From the NCBI GenBank assembly GCA_965224485.1, contig CBDCZH010000018.1, positions 32,001-96,000 of the forward strand: a DNA stretch of 64,000 nucleotides, written 5' to 3'. Position 1 is the first letter of the stretch; the number at the start of each line of letters is the position of its first letter. The DNA comes from Arcobacteraceae bacterium (GTDB lineage: Bacteria > Campylobacterota > Campylobacteria > Campylobacterales > Arcobacteraceae). Made by a program: the position numbers and the translations under genes. Under the pieces are notes generated by a model. The model worked only from the letters and a program-made list of their open reading frames with translations, had not been told where the DNA came from and did not search any database. Positions 20,698 to 30,959 of the stretch are shown here, piece after piece.

Positions 20698-21753
20698 TTA
20701 ATTAAGAGTTTTATTTCTTTTTTTATACATTAGACTAAGTCCTGAGATACTCAATAATAATGGACTTAAAGCAAGTAAGAACCAAATGAATTTAGTAAAT
20801 TCATTATAATAACCGTAGTGTACTTTTCTAAATGTATTAAAGAATCTCTTCTTCAAGTCTTGCTCTTTAATTTTAAAAGTTGATACTAATTCCCCCGTAT
20901 GTTTATCAAATCTAACTATGTTTGCATATTGATCATATAAAATATTATCATTAGTCAGTTTTGCGTAAAAAGAGATGGGCCATTTTTCTTTATATGGAAA
21001 ACTTATATAGTGTAGAGTATTTTCTCCCAGCTGTATATTTACTTGTTTATATAACGCATCTAAGGATATGTTTGCATTGTATAAATTTGGCTTAACAATA
21101 TATCTAGGTTCTTTCTTAAAAGTATCTAAAGAAGAATTAACAGACCAATACGTACCAATACTTACAATAATAAGTAAAATTGGGGATGAAATTATACCAA
21201 TAGTTTTATGGAAACTACTAAAATATATCTTAGTCTTTTTATTAAAATTTAATTTAAAAAAGTTTTTCCAAAAGTTTTTATATATGATAATTCCACTTAG
21301 GGCAACAAGGCAAAAGATAAAACCTATAATGCTAAGGATAAAAGTTCCATATTTTTTTAAAAACAAACTTGTATGTAATTCATCAATAAAACCAGTAAAA
21401 TACTTATTTCTTTCTTTCATTGTATTTAATAAAGTACCAGTATACTGGTTAATATAAAGAAGATTCTTTTCTTTTTCATTATGTTTGATTAAATATATTT
21501 GATGGGCTAATGTATCATCTTCTGGTAATAACCACCCAACTATTTCATAGTTGGGATAATTCTTATTTATTTTTTCTTTTAAAATATCCAAAGATATACT
21601 TCTTTCTTTTTTTACACTAAGAGCATTTGATAAAGAAAGATTATCTATTTCATATTTATATACTAAAATAGCCCCAGTTAATGAAACTACTATAATAGGA
21701 ATAAATATGAGAAAAGATAAGTATTTATGTATACGTAGAGCTATTTTTCTCAT
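20698..21753 (-). CDS. PepSY-associated TM helix protein
   Basis: IHKY, SLTGAILV, ELH, FHK, VHYG His motifs; follows the TonB receptor. Confidence 0.88.
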   Translation of the reverse strand: MRKIALRIHKYLSFLIFIPIIVVSLTGAILVYKYEIDNLSLSNALSVKKERSISLDILKEKINKNYPNYEIVGWLLPEDDTLAHQIYLIKHNEKEKNLLYINQYTGTLLNTMKERNKYFTGFIDELHTSLFLKKYGTFILSIIGFIFCLVALSGIIIYKNFWKNFFKLNFNKKTKIYFSSFHKTIGIISSPILLIIVSIGTYWSVNSSLDTFKKEPRYIVKPNLYNANISLDALYKQVNIQLGENTLHYISFPYKEKWPISFYAKLTNDNILYDQYANIVRFDKHTGELVSTFKIKEQDLKKRFFNTFRKVHYGYYNEFTKFIWFLLALSPLLLSISGLSLMYKKRNKTLN

Positions 21754-21756
21754 ATT

Positions 21757-24129
21757 CTAATATGTCCATTTAAGAGTCAAATATGCAGATCTTGGCGCTC
21801 CATAAAAAGACTGATTCTTATAATATAAACTTGTTAGATACTTCTTGTTTGTAATATTATTAATATTTAACGTAGCTTCTAAGTTTTTGTTTATTTTATA
21901 CTGAGTCATTAAATTAATTAAAGCATATGATTCTTGTCTAGTTATCGCATTTTGCCCTGTTTTTGCACCAACAGTAATTTTTCCTTGTTCTCTATAAATA
22001 TCATCTTGCCAATTAATACTTGCTCCTATTTTTAAGTTCTGCATTGATTGAAAAGTATATGTTGTAGCTAGTTTAATTGTTTGTTTAGGAATATATGTTC
22101 TTATTTCATTCCCTTTTGTATCTTTTATTCTTAAGTTTGAATATGAAATAGAATTATTTAATCCAGTAATAAAACTTCCTGTAACTTCAGCAGTAAAACC
22201 ACTACTTGTAATACCATCATTAACACTATAATAATTACTTCCATCAGTTAATTTACCTTCATTTTGAGGTGCATTTTTTTGATTTATTCTAAATAGTGAA
22301 AATGCAGAATGTAGCTTATTATCAAAGTATGAACCTTTTGTACCAATTTCATAATTGACTGATTCCGTAGGATTAAGTTGTTTTGAATTTTTATCAATTT
22401 TAGCTTGAGGAGTAAATGAATTAGTATAACTTCCATAAATCATATTATTATCATTTAAAGTATAAACTATACCTGCATATGGAGTTAAAATTGAGCTACT
22501 TTTTGAACTTTTTAAAGCCTTGTGTTCAATAACATTTTTTTCCCAAGTAGTTAGTCGTCCTCCTAGAATTAAAGATATATCATCACTTAAATGTATATTA
22601 CTAGCTAGGTATATAGCTTTTTCTTTATCTATAAAATGAGCTATTTCTGGTTTATCAACTAAATTAGGATATGGTGTTTTCCCTTTCCATTTAGTAAAAT
22701 CTCCAATAGAGGGAGATCCATTAATGCTATCATATAATGAAGTCTCATTAGTTTTTCTTTGAGCATATGATAAACCAATAATTGCTGAGTTCTCATATCC
22801 AAATAATTCATATGGCCCTTTAGCATGAATATCAATACTTTTTTCATTTGTTTCTCCTTTTCTATAATTTGAAGCAAAACCAGTTAAACCAAGGTTCGTA
22901 CCAGCTGTTGGAGTTTTATAAATATAGAATAAGTCTGAATCAAGTTTTGTTTTCTTTTTTGTTAAGGCAACATTTACTTGCCAATCATTATTAAAATCTT
23001 GAGATAAGGTAGAAAACAATTCTGTTTTAGTGATATCCCAATAAGACCAAGAAGCAGCTGTATTTGCACTTCTATCAAAGTTTGTTGCAGTTCCATTGGT
23101 ATAATACATCTGAAGTGCGCCCCACATGGGACTTTTAGGATTTTCATTGCTTCTTTTGTATCCAAATGTTAATAAAGTACTATCACTTAAATTAGCTTCA
23201 AAAATTGTATAAAACAAGTTATTATCAGTTTTATATCTATCAAGATATGATTCACTATTTTCCTTTGATACAATAGCTCTTGCTCTAAAAGTATTTGAAA
23301 TTGAACCAGAAATGTCAGCAGAAATTTTTTTCTTATTTTCTGATCCTATTATTAAAGAAGTATTAGCTTGAAACTCTTTTGTTGGTTTTTTTCTTATCAT
23401 ATTAATTGTAGCAGAAGGATCACCAGCCCCACTAGTAAGTCCAGAAGCTCCTCTAGTAATTTCAATATGATCATAAATAATAGTATCTTCATCTCCATAA
23501 TTTCTAGCATCACTTAGAGGTAAGTTAATTCCATCAACTTGGAAATTTGATATATCAAATCCTCTTGAAGTATATTTAGTTCTTTCTGATTCACTATCCT
23601 CTACTGTAATTCCAGGTGCAAATTCTAGAACTTCATTAATAGTATTTAATGCATAGTCTTTCATCTTTTGATTTGTAATAACAGATACTGTTTGAGGAGT
23701 TTCAAAAATAGATAAATCCATTTTTGTTGATGTACTCATAGAATTAATAGAATATGAGTTACTATTTTCACTTATATTATTTGATGTTCCAAGTACATCA
23801 ACCTCTCCTAAATTTGATGAGTCATTATTAGTTTTAACTTTCTTTTTTATAATAATGGTCTCATTTTTTATAATAGCTTCTAAATTTGTATTTTTCAATA
23901 CTTCTTTTAGTGCATTTTGTACACCAGTTATATCTTGCAAAGTTGGTGCTTGTTTTCCTTTTATTAAACTTTCCTCTACGATATATGGAAGTTTAGCTTT
24001 TTTGGCTATAATTTCTAGTGCCTCTGTCAATGTATTAGCTTTAATTGTGTAGTTCTCTTGGGCAAAAAGATTAGTACTTAACAATAAAGCAAGACTAGGG
24101 GCTATTAATGAAGATTTTAATAAATTCAT
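21757..24129 (-). CDS. TonB-dependent siderophore receptor with N-terminal signalling (STN) domain, FpvA/FhuE-like
   Basis: N-terminal extension, ETPQTVSVIT, SRGF, RGASGL, NITNKKY, C-terminal aromatic residue. Confidence 0.93.
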   Translation of the reverse strand: MNLLKSSLIAPSLALLLSTNLFAQENYTIKANTLTEALEIIAKKAKLPYIVEESLIKGKQAPTLQDITGVQNALKEVLKNTNLEAIIKNETIIIKKKVKTNNDSSNLGEVDVLGTSNNISENSNSYSINSMSTSTKMDLSIFETPQTVSVITNQKMKDYALNTINEVLEFAPGITVEDSESERTKYTSRGFDISNFQVDGINLPLSDARNYGDEDTIIYDHIEITRGASGLTSGAGDPSATINMIRKKPTKEFQANTSLIIGSENKKKISADISGSISNTFRARAIVSKENSESYLDRYKTDNNLFYTIFEANLSDSTLLTFGYKRSNENPKSPMWGALQMYYTNGTATNFDRSANTAASWSYWDITKTELFSTLSQDFNNDWQVNVALTKKKTKLDSDLFYIYKTPTAGTNLGLTGFASNYRKGETNEKSIDIHAKGPYELFGYENSAIIGLSYAQRKTNETSLYDSINGSPSIGDFTKWKGKTPYPNLVDKPEIAHFIDKEKAIYLASNIHLSDDISLILGGRLTTWEKNVIEHKALKSSKSSSILTPYAGIVYTLNDNNMIYGSYTNSFTPQAKIDKNSKQLNPTESVNYEIGTKGSYFDNKLHSAFSLFRINQKNAPQNEGKLTDGSNYYSVNDGITSSGFTAEVTGSFITGLNNSISYSNLRIKDTKGNEIRTYIPKQTIKLATTYTFQSMQNLKIGASINWQDDIYREQGKITVGAKTGQNAITRQESYALINLMTQYKINKNLEATLNINNITNKKYLTSLYYKNQSFYGAPRSAYLTLKWTY

Positions 24130-24152
24130 TTTTTTCCTTTGTTTTATGATTT

Positions 24153-24202
24153 TGAGAATTGTTATCTCTAGCTTATAACGGAATTATGAAAAAAAACGGA
24201 CA
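24153..24202 (-). promoter_or_regulatory. Fur-like box plus putative ECF promoter
   Basis: TGAGAAT-T-GTTATCT at 24153; TGTCCG-N16-CGTT on the minus strand at 24202-24177. Confidence 0.6.
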
Positions 24203-24241
24203 TTTAAATAAAAGAATTTTAATTTTTTTGTAAATTTATAT

Positions 24242-25204
24242 TTAAAGTAGGGGTAGAATTTTAATTATATCTTTGTGTCTTTGTATACGTAAGGGGTAGA
24301 TTTCAGGCAAGGCTTTGATAAATTTATCTAATTCTTTAATAGAAAATACTCCAGAAATCTTAAATTGTGAAACTTTATAATTTTCTAAAATAATATTTGT
24401 ATTTGAATATCTTGCAAACTCTTTTAGAGCTTCTTTTAAACTAGTATTTTCAAACTTAATTAAATCATTTTTCCACTTTGCTATATCTTGTAATTTAATA
24501 TCTTGAAGTGAAATATTTAAACCTAAGTTATTAAAAGAGAATGATTGACCTTTTTGAAGAATGATTAAATTTTTAAATTTCTGATTATACTTATAGGCAA
24601 TTTTTACAAAACCTTCTATAACATTAATCTGTCGTAAGTTAGCTATATTTATGAGCTCAAACTTAGTTCCTAGTACCTCGATATTTGTATTTCCACTTCT
24701 TATTATAAATGGTCTATTTTTGTCTTTTGCCACAGAAAATAAAGCCTTGCCAGAAGGAAAATTTATTAAGCGTTTGTTTTTATAATAGTTTACTTCAATA
24801 CTTGAGTGTACATCTAAATCAATAAGAGTATTATCTGGTAAGGTAATATTAACTTTTTTTGTATTCGTAGTAAGATAGTTATTTGTGTAGATACTTTTAG
24901 TATTTTCATAATAAAAATAAGTACAGAAACAAACAATAACAATACTTGCAGCAATAGGTGATAATATCTTTTTTTGTAAGAAATATCTTTTATCTTTTTT
25001 AATAGAGTTTTGTATCTTAGTTTTATCTTCTTTTTTTAAGAATGTACATGAAGAGTGTAAGGTTTTATATTTATCATAAGCTTTTTTGTTATGAATATTA
25101 CTTGAAAATTTTTCAAAAAGTACTTTTTCTTCTTTACTAAAACCTTCTTTTTCTCTCATAAGCCAAGAGAGTGCTTGCTCATTAATTTTATCATTAATAT
25201 TCAT
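24242..25204 (-). CDS. fecR: FecR-family anti-sigma factor
   Basis: EQALSWL, LPDNT, KDKNRPF, VLGTKF. Confidence 0.9.
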   Translation of the reverse strand: MNINDKINEQALSWLMREKEGFSKEEKVLFEKFSSNIHNKKAYDKYKTLHSSCTFLKKEDKTKIQNSIKKDKRYFLQKKILSPIAASIVIVCFCTYFYYENTKSIYTNNYLTTNTKKVNITLPDNTLIDLDVHSSIEVNYYKNKRLINFPSGKALFSVAKDKNRPFIIRSGNTNIEVLGTKFELINIANLRQINVIEGFVKIAYKYNQKFKNLIILQKGQSFSFNNLGLNISLQDIKLQDIAKWKNDLIKFENTSLKEALKEFARYSNTNIILENYKVSQFKISGVFSIKELDKFIKALPEIYPLRIQRHKDIIKILPLL

Positions 25205-25679
25205 CTCTAAAACCACCTTTTTCTAGTTCTTCTTGTACTTTTATACTTGCTCTTTGAATATTCTTTTCAACCGCGCTTATTCCAATATTCATTTTTACTG
25301 CAATCTCTTTTCTTGAATATCCTTCAATAACATACAAATAAAAAGCTTCTTTGTTTTTAGGGCTTAAGGTGTTAATGCATTGTAATAATAAGGTATTTTT
25401 GTCTTTTTTTTCTATAATTTCTTCTGTTTGTAAAGAAGGTGATATTTCATAGTTTTCTTCTGTATAGATAATTTCTTGAACATTCTTCTTTTTTCTTGAT
25501 TCATCAAAAACCAAGTGTTTTGCAATTTTATATAAATAAGCTCTTTTATTTTCAACTTTCTCATGAACTTTTAAGTGTAGTGCTTTGGCATAAGTTTCTT
25601 GAGTTAAGTCTTGTGCTAAATGTTTATCTCCACTTAGTCGTTGTACATAATTTAATATTTCATTATAAAACTCTATCAT
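25194..25679 (-). CDS. fecI: ECF sigma-70 factor, FecI-like
   Basis: AQDLTQETY, RAYLYKIA, EGYSRKEIA; overlaps fecR. Confidence 0.9.
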   Translation of the reverse strand: MIEFYNEILNYVQRLSGDKHLAQDLTQETYAKALHLKVHEKVENKRAYLYKIAKHLVFDESRKKKNVQEIIYTEENYEISPSLQTEEIIEKKDKNTLLLQCINTLSPKNKEAFYLYVIEGYSRKEIAVKMNIGISAVEKNIQRASIKVQEELEKGGFRDEY

Positions 25680-25705
25680 CTAAAAAAGAAATCCTTTTAA
25701 GTAAT

Positions 25706-25732
25706 TGAGAAATGTTATCATAATCATTCTTA
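25706..25732. promoter_or_regulatory. Overlapping Fur-like boxes upstream of the ECF sigma gene
   Basis: TGAGAAA-T-GTTATCA and TCATAAT-C-ATTCTTA. Confidence 0.6.
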
Positions 25733-25853
25733 TAATATAAAAATATATATCATTAATTATATTCTATAAGAAAGATTGTAGATGACTTAATATTTTACTA
25801 TTGCCTTATCTTAATTAACCTTATTTAAAAAAATTTTCTTACTTTTTTAAACT

Positions 25854-26000
25854 TCAATTATCTTTATCCTTGTTTCTCTTATCTTTTTTACTTGCACAAG
25901 CACAAGATCCACAAGAGTTTTTTTTAAATAAAGTCTTATAAATATAATAAAGTGCAAAAGAAAAAATTATTGCAGTAAAAGCTAATTCTTCATTTGTCAT
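25854..26000 (-). CDS. FeoB-associated Cys-rich small membrane protein (48 aa; not in the ORF track)
   Basis: MTNEELAFTAIIFSFALYYIYKTLFKKNSCGSCACASKK...; ATGA overlap with the upstream gene. Confidence 0.8.
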   Translation of the reverse strand: MTNEELAFTAIIFSFALYYIYKTLFKKNSCGSCACASKKDKRNKDKDN

Positions 26001-26296
26001 TCAACTATGTCCTCCCCTTTTATTGTAACTAAATGACCTTTTCCTGCATCAAAAGAGACGCTATAAGCTGCTATTGGTTTATTAAAAGTAAATTCACTAT
26101 CTTCATTCATAATACTGTCAATAACTTTTCTAGTATTTTGTGTTATATAAATATTAACTCCACTACCACTAGCCCCAGATGAAAAACCACCCTCGCAAGT
26201 AATAGTATTATCTCCATTGTCAAAACAAGTCATAATTGCTGTATGTGCTTGTGCACTTATTAGTAAAACGCTTGTTAGTAAAAATTTTTTAATCAT
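25997..26296 (-). CDS. Small secreted hypothetical protein in the feo operon
   Basis: Signal peptide AQA/H; C...CEGGFS; FDAGKGH. Confidence 0.75.
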   Translation of the reverse strand: MIKKFLLTSVLLISAQAHTAIMTCFDNGDNTITCEGGFSSGASGSGVNIYITQNTRKVIDSIMNEDSEFTFNKPIAAYSVSFDAGKGHLVTIKGEDIVE

Positions 26297-28736
26297 AAAT
26301 TTCCTTCTTATTATTTGGTATTAAACTTAGAGCTATGGTAATTATTATTACAAATATATAAAAATAAACCATTGCACTAACCCCACTTAATTGAAAATAA
26401 TTTCCTAGTTGAAAAACTCCTATAGAAAAAAATAAGCCTAAAAACATTGGGTAAATAATAGCAAAAATCATCCACTTATAAGAATTACTTTGAACTTTTA
26501 TCATTATCATTGTAGCAATACAAGGAGGAGTTAAAGCCATAAAAATTATAATAGCAACAGCTCCTAATTGACTATAAGCATTTGAGCTTTTAATAGAATT
26601 TGCATCTGTGTCTTTATTGCTTTCGTAAATTGCTCCAATAGTTGATACAGAACTTTCTCTTGCCGCAAATGAAGATAAAAATGCTACATTTATTTTCCAG
26701 TCAAAACCAGCATATTTCGTAACAGGAACAAAAAACTTACCCATAGCACCTAAAGCTGAGTTTTCAACTTTTTCATTTTTTATTTCACGAAAAAGTCTTT
26801 TTCTTATTTTTAAGAGTTTCTTCAATGCGTTGTTTATTTTTCTTGCTTCTTTATTTCTTTTAGGTTTGACAAAGGTAAAAAATACTGCATTTTTATTTTT
26901 ATAATATGCATCAATCTTTAAAGCTGTAGTTTTACTTTTAGTATTCATTTTTTCTTTTTTATAAGATGAATAATAATTTATTAAAGCTTTTAATTCTTCT
27001 TCTTCATTTACATACTTAGAGTATTTATTATTATTTGTTTTTTTATAAAAAGTTTCTTCCATAAGAGTAGCTTTATTATCAAAATGGATTTTTTTCTCTT
27101 TAGATATTCCAGGAAATTGAATAAGTACAAATAATACTACTGCAACAGCTGCAACTATAGTTACAATCTTTTTTAAATATAAATAAATTCTATCAAATAC
27201 TTTTCCTAAAAGACCTCTTAGTGTTGGTAAATGATAAGAAGGAAGTTCCATTATAAAAGGTGTGCTTTCATGTGCTCGTAATACAGTTAGAGTTAAAAGT
27301 TTTGAAACAATTAGAGCTATAAAAATAGTAATAGTTGAAATTAAGAACATCATTAAAGCTAAGTTTTCTTTAAAGAAAGCAACTAAGATTAGAGTAAAAA
27401 AAGGAATTTTAGCTAAACAGTTCATCAAAGGAACGGTTAGCATTGTAGCCATTTGTGCTTTTTTATCATTCATTCCTTTTGTTGCCATAACTCCAGGAAC
27501 TGCACAACCTCCTGCAAAAATACCACCTAAAACTAGAGGAAGAGTTGATTCTCCATGCAAACCAAAACGTACAAAAATTCTATCTAAAATAAAAGCCATT
27601 CTTGGCATATATCCTATGTTTTCAAGTAAAGCAATTAAAAAGAATAATATGAAAAATATAGGTAAATAATTTAAAAGAGCATTAACACTATTTATCATCC
27701 ATAGAGCAAACTGAGTAATATAAGGAATACTAGCAATGTTTTCATTAGGAAAAAATGAAATAAGTGAATTCTTAATCCAGGCTAAAATAGGCCAGGTATA
27801 GTTTGTAAGTTCATAACCATATACTATGGATAATTGGTATAAAGTATAAATAATAAGAGCTAAAATTGGAAGAGCTAGGTATTTATTTAATACAATATTA
27901 TCAATTTTATCACTTATTGTTTTTTCTTTTGTTTTATTTTGAATAACACAAGCACTTACGAACTCATCAGCTTTTTCATAGCGAATTTTAACTATATATG
28001 AATGAGCAGTTATATTATATCTTTCTTTAAAACCTTTTTGGTATTCAAGAATTTTTGATAAAATCAAAGCAGAATTAGCTGATTTTTCTTTTATTATTTT
28101 TATAATTTCTGTATCATTTTCAAAGAGTTTTACAGCTAAATAGTGTTTTGAAACATCTAAAGATTCTATATGTATTAAATCTTTAATTTTATTTATATAC
28201 TTTTGTAAGTTTTTATAATCAATAATATTTGAAATATATAAATTTTTATTATCTTTTACTTCATGAATAGCATCTTTTAGTGAGCTAAGACCCTCTTTTT
28301 TACTAGCAATTGTTTTAACTATTTTTGCTTTAGTTAAAGTTTCTAGTTTTTTAAAATCAAATTTATAGCCATTTGTTTTTGCTACATCTAACATATTAAA
28401 AGCAAAAACTATAGGTTTTTGCATATCAAATAACTGCATACTTAAATAAAGGTTTCTTTTTATATTTGATGAATCTATAGTATTTACAATAATATGCGTA
28501 TTTTCATTTAAAATATAATCTCTTGTGATTTTCTCTTCACTTGAAAAAGAGGAAAAAGAGTATGTTCCTGGTAAGTCAATTACATTTATTTTTTCATTTT
28601 TATGGGAATAAACACCACTCTTTTTATCAATTGTAACACCTGGATAATTTGCAATTTGCTGTTTTATATTTGTAAGCATATTAAATATACTAGATTTTCC
28701 ACAATTAGGTTGTCCTACAAGTGCAATATTATGCAT
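26289..28736 (-). CDS. feoB: Ferrous iron transporter B
   Basis: GQPNCGKS, NYPGVT, DLPG, NMLD, ELPSY, PPC. Confidence 0.96.
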   Translation of the reverse strand: MHNIALVGQPNCGKSSIFNMLTNIKQQIANYPGVTIDKKSGVYSHKNEKINVIDLPGTYSFSSFSSEEKITRDYILNENTHIIVNTIDSSNIKRNLYLSMQLFDMQKPIVFAFNMLDVAKTNGYKFDFKKLETLTKAKIVKTIASKKEGLSSLKDAIHEVKDNKNLYISNIIDYKNLQKYINKIKDLIHIESLDVSKHYLAVKLFENDTEIIKIIKEKSANSALILSKILEYQKGFKERYNITAHSYIVKIRYEKADEFVSACVIQNKTKEKTISDKIDNIVLNKYLALPILALIIYTLYQLSIVYGYELTNYTWPILAWIKNSLISFFPNENIASIPYITQFALWMINSVNALLNYLPIFFILFFLIALLENIGYMPRMAFILDRIFVRFGLHGESTLPLVLGGIFAGGCAVPGVMATKGMNDKKAQMATMLTVPLMNCLAKIPFFTLILVAFFKENLALMMFLISTITIFIALIVSKLLTLTVLRAHESTPFIMELPSYHLPTLRGLLGKVFDRIYLYLKKIVTIVAAVAVVLFVLIQFPGISKEKKIHFDNKATLMEETFYKKTNNNKYSKYVNEEEELKALINYYSSYKKEKMNTKSKTTALKIDAYYKNKNAVFFTFVKPKRNKEARKINNALKKLLKIRKRLFREIKNEKVENSALGAMGKFFVPVTKYAGFDWKINVAFLSSFAARESSVSTIGAIYESNKDTDANSIKSSNAYSQLGAVAIIIFMALTPPCIATMIMIKVQSNSYKWMIFAIIYPMFLGLFFSIGVFQLGNYFQLSGVSAMVYFYIFVIIITIALSLIPNNKKEIYD

Positions 28737-28953
28737 AAATAACTTCTATATATCTTGATTCTTGAACTCTAAGAGTGATGTTATAAGATAATATTTCTAC
28801 TTCAATAGGATCTTGCAAGGGTGATCTTCTTATTAGTTTAAGTTTATTGCCTTCAATAAATCCCATATCATATAGTTTTTGTAAAAGTTTAGAACTAGCT
28901 GTAATTTTACTAATTACAGCTGTTTTATTAAGTTCTATTTGATTTAATGTCAT
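28729..28953 (-). CDS. feoA: Ferrous iron transport protein A
   Basis: KLYDMGF, SPLQDPI, ITLR. Confidence 0.93.
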   Translation of the reverse strand: MTLNQIELNKTAVISKITASSKLLQKLYDMGFIEGNKLKLIRRSPLQDPIEVEILSYNITLRVQESRYIEVIYA

Positions 28954-28996
28954 TTTTTCCTCTTTATCTCTTTATCATAAATCAATCTCTACTTCT

Positions 28997-30538
28997 TTAT
29001 TCTTCAAAAAAGTCTTTTTTAATTTTAAAAGCTAAGTAAATAAATAAAAGACCTATTATAATAAGCGCTAGGTCTGTATAGAAAACTTCCCATATCTCTA
29101 AGTCATAAGTTCTGCTCATTGTAAAACCAGAAAAATAATTATGATTTATACTTGCTAGTATAAATAAAATACCTGATGAAATAAAGGTATATTTACTTAA
29201 GTTATAAAAAGATTTATTTAGTAATATATAAATTAATATAAAAAGAAATACCAAATAAAATAGTATCTCATGGGAATAATAAAGTGTTTCTTTATATGTA
29301 AAATACAAATATGATTTCGGAATTAACCAAGATGTAAAAAATAATAGTGATGTACTTAAAATTGAACCCATAATAATTGTAAAAATTAAAGGTTTAATAA
29401 CTTTTGTTGAAAATGCATCTTTGGCAGCTCTTTTCATCCATAATAAGGCAGAAAAAATTAAACCAAATAAAATTCCAATAGATAAAAAAGCAAAAATAAT
29501 TCTAGGTATATCTTCAAATGTTCTTAGATAATGCAAGTAAAATAGGGCATCTAATGTTTTTTCTGTAAAAGTACCATCTTTTGCTGTTTTTTTATCAAGT
29601 ACTTTTCCTGTATTTGCATTTAATACTATATATGTTTCATTTGTCATTGAAGATATAAAAATATTTCTAGGTTCAAATCCAATAAATTTTACACGTGCAT
29701 TAATATCATTATAATTATAAACTTGCATTTCATAAAAACTTATATTTTCAAACTCTTCTTTAGCTTTTACATATAAAGTATTTAAATTTATAGATTTAAC
29801 TTCTTTAGTACTTTTTATCTTTTTTAAATCTAAGTCTTGAAGAATATTCTTATCTAAGGCTAAAATATTCATAGTCTCACCCTTAGATAAATAATTAGTA
29901 ATAAGAGGGGAGCTATATACTCCTAAATTAAACAAAGCGCCAGTAAGACCAAACATAAATACTAAAGGAAGAGAATAAAGGAGTATTAATCTATGATATT
30001 TAGCTAAAAAGGCCTTAGCTGTTTTAGTTTTAGTGTTTCTATATGAATTTTTTATAATTAAGAATATTCCTGATAAACATAAAAATACAATAGCAACAGA
30101 AGCAAAACCAAACAATATTCTAATAAGTAGTGAGTTAAATATCCATCCTCTATGAATACTATCAAAGAATTTTGAGATTCTAAAAGATTTGATTCTTATT
30201 TTCTTACAACTATTAGGGTTTAGGAAAAAATTTGGTCTATTTTTAACTTGTATTAAATTAGTTGAACTAATTTCTTTTGATGGAAAATACAATTTAATTA
30301 CATCATTTGATAGTTTTTTTCCATTTTCACCAAAATAAGTTCTTTTAATAATTTGTTTAAAACACTTATTTAAATTAATATCTTCAATATTAACTTCTTT
30401 AATATGCATTTTTTTATCTTCCCAAATATTAATATAAGGTTGAAATATTGTCAAAATACCAAAAAATAAAGAGATAAAAAAGAATAAAATAACATTTATT
30501 CCTATCAACTTGTGAATATTAAATAATTTCTTTTTCAT
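28997..30538 (-). CDS. PepSY-associated TM helix protein
   Basis: Start MKKKLFNIHKLIG at 30538; IHRG, YHR, LHY His motifs. Confidence 0.85.
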   Translation of the reverse strand: MKKKLFNIHKLIGINVILFFFISLFFGILTIFQPYINIWEDKKMHIKEVNIEDINLNKCFKQIIKRTYFGENGKKLSNDVIKLYFPSKEISSTNLIQVKNRPNFFLNPNSCKKIRIKSFRISKFFDSIHRGWIFNSLLIRILFGFASVAIVFLCLSGIFLIIKNSYRNTKTKTAKAFLAKYHRLILLYSLPLVFMFGLTGALFNLGVYSSPLITNYLSKGETMNILALDKNILQDLDLKKIKSTKEVKSINLNTLYVKAKEEFENISFYEMQVYNYNDINARVKFIGFEPRNIFISSMTNETYIVLNANTGKVLDKKTAKDGTFTEKTLDALFYLHYLRTFEDIPRIIFAFLSIGILFGLIFSALLWMKRAAKDAFSTKVIKPLIFTIIMGSILSTSLLFFTSWLIPKSYLYFTYKETLYYSHEILFYLVFLFILIYILLNKSFYNLSKYTFISSGILFILASINHNYFSGFTMSRTYDLEIWEVFYTDLALIIIGLLFIYLAFKIKKDFFEE

Positions 30539-30540
30539 TT

Positions 30541-30834
30541 TTATCCTAAAAATTGTATAAATGAGAATAGAATTATAAAAGGAATAATAAATTTTATAAT
30601 TGCAGTGATTTTCTTTTCTGACATAATAATCCATAAGGCAAAAGCAGACCAAAGTATTGGAAGTATAATAATAACAAGTACGATATTTTCAAATATTGAA
30701 AAAAGTAAAAAATATGATATTAGGCATATAAGAGTATAAGCATTAATAAGACCACCTAAAAAAGCGCATAAAAATCTTATACTTCCTATGTTAGCATTTT
30801 TGTCTTTTTCTAAAAGTGATTTTCTAAAATTCAA
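30541..30834 (-). CDS. Small membrane protein associated with the PepSY gene
   Basis: Three TM segments, RFLCAFLGG; RBS before TTG. Confidence 0.7.
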   Translation of the reverse strand: MNFRKSLLEKDKNANIGSIRFLCAFLGGLINAYTLICLISYFLLFSIFENIVLVIIILPILWSAFALWIIMSEKKITAIIKFIIPFIILFSFIQFLG

Positions 30835-30873
30835 TTTTTCCCTTTTCTTTTCTTCTTTTAGTAATAATTATTT

Positions 30874-30888
30874 TGATAATGATAATCG
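30874..30888. promoter_or_regulatory. Fur-like box
   Basis: TGATAATGATAATCG. Confidence 0.7.
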
Positions 30889-30959
30889 AATACTTATGAA
30901 TAAGTTCTTAAATAAATACCTCTCATGACAAGCATGAAAGATATTTATTAAATAAATTC

